A DNA stretch of 64,000 bases from an uncultured Verrucomicrobiae bacterium (GTDB taxonomy: Bacteria > Verrucomicrobiota > Verrucomicrobiia > Chthoniobacterales > JAFAMB01). Positions 28,406-37,112 of the stretch are shown in pieces (position 1 is the stretch's first letter; each line of letters opens with the position of its first letter). The stretch is taken from positions 2,880,001 to 2,944,000 of the forward strand of contig CAWIPH010000002.1 of NCBI GenBank assembly GCA_963837955.1, read 5' to 3'. Under the pieces are notes generated by a model. The model searched no databases. It was not told where the DNA came from and worked only from the letters and a program-made list of their open reading frames with translations. The position numbers were made by a program, and so were the translations under genes.

Positions 28406-31102
28406 ATGACGAGCAATGCCGAGAAGGAGCGTCTGACATCCGACGCGAAGCGTGAGGCAAACTGGAAACGCTGGGGACCTTACCTCTCAGAGCGGCAATG
28501 GGCCACGGTACGCGAGGACTACTCCCAAGGTGGCGATTGTTGGGATTATTTTCCGCACGATCAAGCTCGAAGCCGAGCCTACCGATGGGGAGAAGACGGC
28601 CTGCTTGGCATCACCGATCGTCAATGCCGGCTCTGCTTTGCGTTGGCCCTGTGGAATGGCAAGGATCCGATTCTGAAGGAGCGTCTCTTCGGCTTGACGG
28701 GTCCGGAAGGGAATCACGGAGAGGACGTGAAGGAGGAATATTTCTATCTCGACGCGACGCCGACCTACTCTTACATGAAGGCGCTTTATAAATACCCGCA
28801 GGCCGAGTACCCTTACGCGCAACTGTTGGCGGAGAATCGACGCCGTGGCAAAGACGATCCGGAATTCGAGATATTGGATACCGGCGTATTCGACAACAAT
28901 CGTTACTTTGATATCACGGCCGAGTATGCAAAGAACGGGCCGAACGACATCCTGATTCGCCTCACTGCGGCTAATCGCAGCGCCCAGTCAGCGATGCTTC
29001 ACCTACTACCGACCGTCTGGTTTCGTAACACTTGGTCATGGGGCGCGATCGATGAGCGCAGTCCGATCAAACCGAGTATCACTTTGGCAGGCGAAGACAC
29101 TCTCTCGCTCCGTCATGAGTCCCTCGGCTATTATTTGCTGAAGAGTGGCGCGGCGCCGGATATTCCGCGTCCGGTTGCGCTCTTTACAGAGAATGAGACG
29201 AACACGCGCCGCTTGTATAATCTCGGGCCGGAAACCGCGTTTTTTAAGGACGCGTTTCACGATTACGTTATTCACGGTAAGAACGACGCCGTCAATCCGG
29301 CAAAGAGCGGCACGAAGGCAGCTCTCCACTATGTGTTACAAATCCCGTCCTATTCCGCGCAAACAATCGTCTTGCGGCTTTTCAATCAACAGGACTCCTC
29401 GAAGGAGGAGCCGAACTATGACGCGGTGTTCGTTGAACGCATCCGTGAGGCCGATGATTATTACGCCTCTCTCTACCGGGTGAAGTTTAACGGTATCGAG
29501 CAGGGCGTGTTACGCCAAGCCGCCGCTGGGCTGCTCTGGAGCAAACAATTCTATCACTACATCGTCCAGGATTGGCTTACCGGCGATCCGACAGGTCCGG
29601 CACCGCCCGCCCGCCGGATGCATAGCCGCAATAAAGATTGGAGTCACCTTTACGGTCGCGACATCATCTCAATGCCGGACAAGTGGGAGTATCCATGGTT
29701 CGCCGCGTGGGACCTTGGATTCCACATGATCCCGCTCGCTCACATCGACCCGGAGTTTGCCAAGGAGCAATTGATTCTGCTGCTCCGCGAGTGGTACATG
29801 TATCCGAACGGCCAGATTCCGGCGTACGAGTTTGCTTTTGGGGACGTAAACCCGCCAGTGCATGCCTGGGCCGCCTGGCGCGTCTATAAAATCTCGGCCG
29901 AGCGGGGCGCACGTGACCGAGACTTTCTCGAAAGCGTCTTTCAAAAGCTGCTGATCAATTTCACGTGGTGGGTGAACCGTAAGGATGCGACGGGTGAGAA
30001 TTTGTTTTCCGGCGGATTCCTTGGGTTGGATAACATCGGCGTGTTCGATCGCTCTCAGGTCTTACCAAACGGAGCTACGCTTCGGCAGGCCGACGGCACA
30101 GCTTGGATGGCATTTTACTGCGCCACAATGCTTTCGATCGCGCTGGAACTCGCGGCCGGCGAAGGACAGCGTATTCATCGGGCTTATGAAGATATGGCAT
30201 CGAAGTTTCTAGAGCATTTCGTTCAGATCGTAGATGCAATGAACCGACTCGGCGGAAGCGGGCTTTGGAGCGAAGAGGATGGTTTTTATTACGATCAGCT
30301 ACGGACCAATCAGAGCGCCATCCCCCTGAAGACGCGCTCTCTGGTCGGGCTGTTACCATTGATCGCGAGCGAAGTCCTGGAGGGGGAAACAATTAAGAAA
30401 CTTCCAGGTTTCTACAAACGTGGGGCCTGGTTCGTTAACCATCGTCCCGACCTCGCTCGCAACATCAGCTTTTATGAGCACGGTGACAGTCAACGATTTC
30501 TCCTGGCGATTCCATCGCGTGCGCGGCTGGAGCGCGTGCTGAGTTATATGCTCGATGAGAACGAGTTTCTCTCGCCTTATGGGATCCGGTCCCTGTCCAA
30601 GTTCCACGAGAAAAGCCCGTGCGTCTTTATCGCGGACGGCGCAGAGCATCGTGTCGCCTATGATCCCGCTGAATCCCGCAGCCACCTCTTCGGCGGTAAC
30701 TCGAACTGGCGTGGACCGATTTGGTTTCCCATCAACTATCTGCTGATCGAGGCACTGGAACGGTACCATCATTTCTATGGCGATAGGCTGCAGGTGGAAT
30801 GTCCTACCGGTTCGGGGCGTATGATGAATCTTCAAGGAGTCGCAAACGAGATTGGTGCGCGGTTGGCGAGTATTTTTTTGCCCGATGCCGCGGGTCGGCG
30901 CCCGTGCCACGGAGACGATGTACGATTCGCCGCTGATCCGCATTGGCGTGAACTGGTCCTGTTTTACGAATATTTCCACGGTGAAACCGGTCGCGGTCTT
31001 GGCGCAAGTCACCAGACCGGCTGGACCGCGCTCGTGGCTCGTGACATCGCTGATGTTGCAAGGGAGCGAGCTATCGAGGCAGCGCTTGGCGCTGAAAACT
31101 AG
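28406..31102 (+). CDS. MGH1-like/GH63 glycoside hydrolase (glucosidase)
   Basis: WGPYLSERQW, SMPDKWEYPWFAAWDL, GGFLGLDNI, FGGNSNWRGPIW and GASHQTGWT motifs. Confidence 0.9.
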   Translation: MTSNAEKERLTSDAKREANWKRWGPYLSERQWATVREDYSQGGDCWDYFPHDQARSRAYRWGEDGLLGITDRQCRLCFALALWNGKDPILKERLFGLTGPEGNHGEDVKEEYFYLDATPTYSYMKALYKYPQAEYPYAQLLAENRRRGKDDPEFEILDTGVFDNNRYFDITAEYAKNGPNDILIRLTAANRSAQSAMLHLLPTVWFRNTWSWGAIDERSPIKPSITLAGEDTLSLRHESLGYYLLKSGAAPDIPRPVALFTENETNTRRLYNLGPETAFFKDAFHDYVIHGKNDAVNPAKSGTKAALHYVLQIPSYSAQTIVLRLFNQQDSSKEEPNYDAVFVERIREADDYYASLYRVKFNGIEQGVLRQAAAGLLWSKQFYHYIVQDWLTGDPTGPAPPARRMHSRNKDWSHLYGRDIISMPDKWEYPWFAAWDLGFHMIPLAHIDPEFAKEQLILLLREWYMYPNGQIPAYEFAFGDVNPPVHAWAAWRVYKISAERGARDRDFLESVFQKLLINFTWWVNRKDATGENLFSGGFLGLDNIGVFDRSQVLPNGATLRQADGTAWMAFYCATMLSIALELAAGEGQRIHRAYEDMASKFLEHFVQIVDAMNRLGGSGLWSEEDGFYYDQLRTNQSAIPLKTRSLVGLLPLIASEVLEGETIKKLPGFYKRGAWFVNHRPDLARNISFYEHGDSQRFLLAIPSRARLERVLSYMLDENEFLSPYGIRSLSKFHEKSPCVFIADGAEHRVAYDPAESRSHLFGGNSNWRGPIWFPINYLLIEALERYHHFYGDRLQVECPTGSGRMMNLQGVANEIGARLASIFLPDAAGRRPCHGDDVRFAADPHWRELVLFYEYFHGETGRGLGASHQTGWTALVARDIADVARERAIEAALGAEN

Positions 31103-31132
31103 TCAACTTCACGGTCCTCTTTTTTTCTCTAA

Positions 31133-31519
31133 GGGGTCCGCACACGAAATGGAATTTTAAGTACGGTAAGGAGCTCTGTCTCCTCGTGGGCGGCAGTGCG
31201 AGGGCACGTCATGAGGAACGCTGGACTTCGACCAAAAAGCAGCGCGTCGCGATCATATTGTGGAACACGATGTATCTCGAGCGCCCTTTCAATGCACTGC
31301 GCGAACATGGGATCGTCTTTCCAGATGCGCTCCTTACGCACGTCTCGCCGATCGGATGGGAGCACATCAACCTGACTGGGGATTACACTTGGCACGCCAA
31401 CCGCCGCGTTGCTGAAGGTCGATTTAGACCCTTACTCCCGGTTGGTGTGCCGATTACGGTCGACCGAGCAGCTTCGGGAAGCTAAGCGTACAATTTTTTA
31501 CAAACGGAGGAGTGACCCC
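31133..31519 (+). mobile_element. Miniature Tn3-family remnant carrying the tnpA C-terminus
   Basis: Two 38-bp GGGGTC...GTACG-type ends (31133-31170, 31482-31519) that differ from each other; [10 protein letters not shown]...[14 protein letters not shown] fragment; no TSD. Confidence 0.75.
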
Positions 31520-31538
31520 TTCTTGTGGGCCTAGGGTT

Positions 31539-33104
31539 TTAGTAAGGGGACGTTGCCTGTCTGGCTGCCATATCAAGCGCGGCCCTCATCTTCGCCAAGA
31601 CTTCCGCGCGATCCGTGATGTTGTGCTGCTCGGCGAGCAAAGAAGGTTCATGCCACCCGAGCCAGACACTTCCTTTTTCATCCAACCACGCCACCATTCG
31701 GAGCGGGAGGTCTAGCGCCACCTCCTGCTGGCTAATCATAAGATGCGTGCCGGCGGCCGGATTGCCAAAAATGAGCGTCTCGGTGGGTCGCAAGTCGAGG
31801 CCGACTCTCTTCGCGGCGTCCGTGTGATTGACACGCGCAACGATGCCGGCGCCCTGCGAATTCAAGTAGCTTTCGAGACGGTCCATCGTGACGTTCACGG
31901 AGAAACTACTTTCAAGGCACGTCATGCTCGCCGGATCCGTCGGTGGCCCGAGCTTGGCATCGAAGCAACTGGCGACACGCCTCGCCAACTCAGTGAGATT
32001 CACGCCGTCCTTGTTCGCGCAGAGGGTGACGCAGACGAGTTCCGCTTTATCCGTGAAGCGGCTCAAGTAAACCGAGAACCCCGGCGGGTTGCCGGTAATG
32101 TCCATGAAACCCTTGTGGGCAGTAAAGCGCCAGCCACAGTTAGCCGGGTACCTCGTGCTATCTGCTAGCTTGAATCCGCTGTAGATAATCTCGCGGTTCG
32201 CCGGCTCTTTCACAAGTATTCCCCCCGCGAGTCCTATGTCCCATAAACTAATGTCCGGAGCGGATGCAAGGATCGCTCCGTTGGAAAAGAGCGCCCGCTG
32301 GCTGCTGCGTGGCACGGGGGCTAGTTTCCCATTTGTCTCAACGTAACCGGTCGCAAGTTCCGTAGGATCAATGTAGGGAGACTCGGAAAGAAACTGTTTG
32401 TGCCAGTTGCCATTCTGCTCGACCGCCTCCTGTTTGATTTTGGAAAGCGCGGACGGAAACAGTGTATTCCGCAGACCGAGCCGCTCAATCTGACCCTTGG
32501 TGACGAACTCTTCGTAGGTCATTCCGCTGGCTTTTTCGATGACCAGCCCGAGTAGAAAGAAATCCGAGGCGCTGCGAGCGACCTGCGTGCCCGGTTTGAA
32601 AGCGAGCGGCAGATTCTTAATCAGGCCAAGAATCTCCGCAGGCTCATAATCTCTGGTTACATCGAACGCCGGTTGCGACATGTAGTCAGGCAACCCGGAG
32701 GCGTGACCGAGCAACTGCCTCAAAGTGAGCGATTGCCATTCCTCAGGCAGACCGGTAATGAAATCGCTCAGCCGCGAGTCCAGCGTCAGCTTGCCGGCCT
32801 CGACCAGTTGCATGATGGCAACCGCCGTATAGGCCTGAGTCATCTCTCCGACCGACCAAAGCGTGTTAGGCGAGGCGAGCAGGCGTCGGTCAACGTCTGA
32901 TGTGCCGTAGCCCACCACGCGCGAAATATAGGGCGCTTGCACGATTGAGAGGGTCATGCCAGGAATCTGGTGTTCCCGCATGAATCCGGCGATCATCTCA
33001 TCAGGAGTCTGACTTCCGAGTTTCGTCTGTGGGTTGCCGCGCTGCGCAAAGGCGATATGGGTAACCGTCATAATCAATAGGCAGAAAATTGTGTTGGTTT
33101 TCAT
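31539..33104 (-). CDS. Beta-lactamase-family (serine hydrolase fold) protein fused to DUF302, secreted
   Basis: IPGMTLSIV, LVEAGKLTLD, LRQLLGHASGLPD and PGT motifs; C-terminal LIFGNPAAGT...LDLPLR (DUF302). Confidence 0.88.
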   Translation of the reverse strand: MKTNTIFCLLIMTVTHIAFAQRGNPQTKLGSQTPDEMIAGFMREHQIPGMTLSIVQAPYISRVVGYGTSDVDRRLLASPNTLWSVGEMTQAYTAVAIMQLVEAGKLTLDSRLSDFITGLPEEWQSLTLRQLLGHASGLPDYMSQPAFDVTRDYEPAEILGLIKNLPLAFKPGTQVARSASDFFLLGLVIEKASGMTYEEFVTKGQIERLGLRNTLFPSALSKIKQEAVEQNGNWHKQFLSESPYIDPTELATGYVETNGKLAPVPRSSQRALFSNGAILASAPDISLWDIGLAGGILVKEPANREIIYSGFKLADSTRYPANCGWRFTAHKGFMDITGNPPGFSVYLSRFTDKAELVCVTLCANKDGVNLTELARRVASCFDAKLGPPTDPASMTCLESSFSVNVTMDRLESYLNSQGAGIVARVNHTDAAKRVGLDLRPTETLIFGNPAAGTHLMISQQEVALDLPLRMVAWLDEKGSVWLGWHEPSLLAEQHNITDRAEVLAKMRAALDMAARQATSPY

Positions 33105-33874
33105 AGAAATATCAGTGCATTTGTCTTCGGCCTAATGTTGCCAGCTCATTGGCGCTGGGTGCATGGACGGCGCGGACAACGCCTGCGCAATGCCAGCGAA
33201 GATGTGGCCCATGGAGCTGTCAGCGCAGCAGTGCGCCGCGATGTCCATTGGCCGAGCAGTCGACGAGATCTCACTGCTGACCTGATTAAGATACGCGTGT
33301 GTAGCGGCCGAGAGATCACCGGTCTGATCACAGTATGCATGTGTGGTAGCCGAGAGATCACCTAGCGCTGCCTCAGTGGTGGCATGTACTGCAGGGGCTG
33401 ATGGGTGACCTCCACCGCTGCTGCTACTGCTACTGCCCCACCGCTAGTACCGCCTTCATGTCCGCCGCCTCCCGCAGCCTGTTTGGCAAAGCCCACTTGT
33501 GACACCGAAAGTGCAGTGATGAGGCTGGTCAATCTAGGCAACAGCGCTAGGCGGCTAATCCTCGCTTCTGCCGCGGCCTCGGTAGGTAAATTCCGCGGTC
33601 CTGGTTCTATGCAGTACTTCTTGGGAAAGTGCGCAAGAAGTGGACTGGTCCTAATCAGTTCGCTGGATCGTCGAACCGCTCTCACCATTATCTCAAGACC
33701 GTCCGCCACATCGTGCTCTGTCACGTGAAACCTCAGCCTCCGCTTGACCTATCTGGCGTACTCTTTTCGGAGTTACTTGGCATATTCGCACAATCAAATT
33801 CACCGTGGCGAACGAAATCGCGTCATTAACCGAATCAACCGCCAACTGGCGATTACCGATTCCAAGTTCTTCAA

Positions 33875-34045
33875 GGGGAGAACTCAAGAAAGGGAAAGTT
33901 ATGCACGTTAGATACCGCTTCTCCCGCGTGAAAGCGCGAAGAAACGTTTTACCGTAGGTGACTGATCGTGGCCTAATCACATGCGTTGTTTCCGAGGAGG
34001 ATTGACGCTTGGCGTGCATAAATTTCCCTTTCTTGAGTTCTCCCC
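33875..34045. mobile_element. 171-bp Tn3-derived MITE (right module)
   Basis: 38-bp IRs at 33875-33912 and 34008-34045 of the same family as 21449/23174; no coding capacity. Confidence 0.88.
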
Positions 34046-34130
34046 TATAGGGAAACATTTCTTCAATACGGACGGTTGATGTGCCTTTAGCGTCACTCAC
34101 ACCTCAACTGAAACAAAAGAGAAATTACCT

Positions 34131-34559
34131 ATGTCTAACCAATCGAAAAATGGACCTGCGACGATTATCCCAGCGATGCGATATCGAAACGCTCCGGCGG
34201 CGATAGAATGGCTCTGCCAGGCGTTTGGGTTCGAAAAGCACTTGGTGGTGCCCGGAGAGAACGGCACCATCGCCCATGCCCAACTCACGTGGGGTAATGG
34301 GATGATGATGTTGGGCTCCGTCCGCGACAACGAGTACGGAAAGCGGATCAAGCAACCGGATGAGCTCGATGGTATCGAAACCCAGGGCCCCTACGTGGTT
34401 GTAGAAGACCCGGACGCTCATTATGCCCGGGCGGTGGCGGCTGGTGCCGAGATCGTCACTGAGATAGCAGACGCCAGTTACGGTGGGCGAGGCTACATCT
34501 GCCGCGACTTAGAGGGCCATCTCTGGAGCTTCGGAAGCTATAATCCGTGGTCCGAATAA
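34131..34559 (+). CDS. VOC/glyoxalase/bleomycin-resistance family protein
   Basis: IIPAMRYRNAPAAIEWLCQAFGF...AHAQL...RDLEGHLWSFGSY pattern. Confidence 0.92.
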   Translation: MSNQSKNGPATIIPAMRYRNAPAAIEWLCQAFGFEKHLVVPGENGTIAHAQLTWGNGMMMLGSVRDNEYGKRIKQPDELDGIETQGPYVVVEDPDAHYARAVAAGAEIVTEIADASYGGRGYICRDLEGHLWSFGSYNPWSE

Positions 34560-34868
34560 CGAAAGCGGTGTTAGGCTTCTTTTAGGCCGGTGGCGACTAC
34601 GTCGTCGGCCATTCACGGAGATGCGCCCGCGTCTCGGTGATCGTTACGCGAACATCCCAACGGACGCGCTGCCGGGTAGCTTGGTCCCTGCTGAAAACCC
34701 GGCTGTCTCCAACCGGCTCAAAGACCCACTCCCAACCGTCGATACGCCTTCATCTTCAGTAATCACCGCGCCGTCTACCTGAACCTGGACGCCGCTTCCG
34801 CTCTTCGAGCTACAGCGCGCCCGCCAAGCGATGAGGCCGCGCCACAGCGACAGCGGGATCGGGTTACC

Positions 34869-35795
34869 TTACTCCGGCGTGTAATCGGCGCCCAAAGAGG
34901 CCGGCATCCTGGAACGGCCGATGACTCCCGCATAAACAAGCAATGTTAGGAGATACGGCACCATGAAAAGGAATTCGTACGGCAAGGGCACGTGAAACGC
35001 CTGCGCCCTCAGCGCCAGAGCGTTCGCAGCACCAAATAGAAGCGAAACGGGTACAACGAAAAACGGGTTCCAGCGCGAAACGATCACAACCGCCAACGCG
35101 ATGAAACCGTTCCCGACAGTCATATTGTCAGTGAAAAACTTTACGTTCCCCAGCGAATAATAGGTCCCGGCTAGGCCCGCCATCATCCCACCGAAGATGA
35201 GAGCCAAGATCTGGTAGAGGCGGACAGGGACACCCGCGCTTTGCGCAGCACGCGGTTTCTCCCCGATTGCGCGCAACCGCAATCCACGATTCGTAAAGAA
35301 CAGGAATAAACCGCACAGAGGCGCGATGAAATAGATTACATAGACAAGCGGAATATGGTCGAATAGCGAGCTGCCAAGGATGGGAAGCCGATCAAGACCA
35401 GGTATGGCAAGTTCAGAAAACGAAGGAACCGGCGGCGGCGCTTTGCCAAAAATTTCACGGTTGAGAAAAGTCGTTATGCCCGCGGCTGCCAAATTCAAAG
35501 CCGTTCCAGTAACGATTTGGTTAGCACCCAAAAGAAGAGAAGTCACTGCAAGAAACAGTCCGGCCAGGCCCCCTACCAGAATCGCAACTAAAACGCCCAC
35601 CCAAACATTTTGCATCCACCACGATCCGACTACTCCTGAAAAAGCTCCCAACAGCATGATTCCCTCAAGTCCTATATTGACGAATCCTCCGCGCTCGGAA
35701 ATGACTTCGCCAGTGGCAGCGCCGATCAAAGGCGTTGCTGCCCGAATCGCTGCCTTAAGAAAATCAGCGGATAGAAGAATCAGAAACAGATCCAT
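34869..35795 (-). CDS. Nucleoside/sugar ABC transporter permease
   Basis: SERGGFVNIGLEG, GLRLRAIGE and GFIALA motifs (BPD_transp_2). Confidence 0.92.
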   Translation of the reverse strand: MDLFLILLSADFLKAAIRAATPLIGAATGEVISERGGFVNIGLEGIMLLGAFSGVVGSWWMQNVWVGVLVAILVGGLAGLFLAVTSLLLGANQIVTGTALNLAAAGITTFLNREIFGKAPPPVPSFSELAIPGLDRLPILGSSLFDHIPLVYVIYFIAPLCGLFLFFTNRGLRLRAIGEKPRAAQSAGVPVRLYQILALIFGGMMAGLAGTYYSLGNVKFFTDNMTVGNGFIALAVVIVSRWNPFFVVPVSLLFGAANALALRAQAFHVPLPYEFLFMVPYLLTLLVYAGVIGRSRMPASLGADYTPE

Positions 35796-36885
35796 GCGAA
35801 GTCCGGCGCCTAAAGGTGCTTTGCTTGGCCCACCAGTCAGCTAGACGGCGAGATTGACAGAGAATGACGAACAGAAGGGCAACCGCTTGTACTACCGTCG
35901 CAAGAGATTTTGGCACGGAGGCAGATAGTTCCATAGCCTCCGCCCCGGTCCGGAACGCTCCGAAGAAGATTCCCGCGATCAAAATTCCCAGCGGGTTACC
36001 TTGACCGATAAACATTACCGCGATCGCGTCGTATCCGTAACCAGGCGAGAAGGAATCGCTTAACCGAAACTGCACTCCCAGAATCACGCACGCTCCCGCT
36101 AGCCCAGCCAGCCCCCCTGCTCCGATCATTCCTGCGCACATTAATCGTTCTACCGGCATTCCGGCGAACCGAGCTGCAACTGGATTGGTACCGACAGCGC
36201 GAAGCTCATAACCTGCGACGCTTCTGCTAAGCAGGAGCCAAGTGCAAAGAGCTGAAACAACAGCGATCACAATCCCAAGATTCATCCGCGCCTCCGCCCA
36301 AATCTTCGGGAGATGAAGAGCGGCCGGAATCTCTGGAGACCACGGATAACCAAAACCTTGCGCGTCCTTCATTGGACCGTGGACCAGGTAGCTGATCAAC
36401 CAGAATGCCAGGAAGTTCAGCATGATCGCCGTAATAATTTCGTTCAGGTGCCGATAGGCTCTCAACCAGCCCGGAATAGCTGCCCAAAACGCTCCAAAGA
36501 CAAATCCGCCGAGCAAGGCGAGAAGTTCATGCAACGCCGGAGGCAGACCTGTATCGGCCAAGCCTACGAGCGTTGCTCCTAGTCCTCCCATCAGCAATTG
36601 ACCTTCGGCTCCAATATTAAAGACGCCGCCAGCGAACGGAACCGCTACGGCCAACGCCGCCAAGATCAGCGGAGTGGCTTCGGTTAAGCTATTGCCGAGG
36701 CGGCTCGGTTGAGCAATCAAGTCCGACCAGGAATCTCCCCAACTCCAATCGAGATTGATTCCACTAGCCCCGCGCAATAGTTGCAGGTATGCGGTCGTCG
36801 GCGAGACGCCGGCTGCGGCGATCAAGATCGACCCCGCAAGCAGCGCGACCAGGACTGCTGCAATAGGAATTAGAGCGCGGCGCAT
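35764..36885 (-). CDS. Nucleoside/sugar ABC transporter permease
   Basis: FNIGAEGQ, NEIITAIMLN, GYELRAVG and GYGYDAIAV motifs. Confidence 0.92.
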   Translation of the reverse strand: MRRALIPIAAVLVALLAGSILIAAAGVSPTTAYLQLLRGASGINLDWSWGDSWSDLIAQPSRLGNSLTEATPLILAALAVAVPFAGGVFNIGAEGQLLMGGLGATLVGLADTGLPPALHELLALLGGFVFGAFWAAIPGWLRAYRHLNEIITAIMLNFLAFWLISYLVHGPMKDAQGFGYPWSPEIPAALHLPKIWAEARMNLGIVIAVVSALCTWLLLSRSVAGYELRAVGTNPVAARFAGMPVERLMCAGMIGAGGLAGLAGACVILGVQFRLSDSFSPGYGYDAIAVMFIGQGNPLGILIAGIFFGAFRTGAEAMELSASVPKSLATVVQAVALLFVILCQSRRLADWWAKQSTFRRRTSHGSVSDSSIR

Positions 36886-37112
36886 CGCTCGCTAGGTTAG
36901 CTCGAATTTTTCATTCGTCATCAGATAGGGAGTAGCCTGATGCTCCGGCCTCAGGAACCCAGGGCTGCAGCGATTGTGAAAGGTGAGGTGATTGGTGGAT
37001 GCCTATCAGCAAGTCCTCGGAGAAATCTCCCACCGCTCTCTCTCTGATCACTAATCACCAATCACGCTCCCCGGGTTTTGGGGGGAACGAAAGAGGAGGC
37101 ATCAGGCTACGT

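Larger units (their letters stand above)
21449..34045. mobile_element. 12.6-kb composite Tn3-family-derived element with 5-bp TSD (TATAG)
   Basis: Outer 38-bp IRs at 21449-21486 and 34008-34045; TATAG at 21444-21448 and 34046-34050. Confidence 0.82.

Noticed and set aside
31539..33104. Functional beta-lactam resistance gene on a transposon
   Set aside because: The catalytic SxxK and YxN motifs appear to be substituted.
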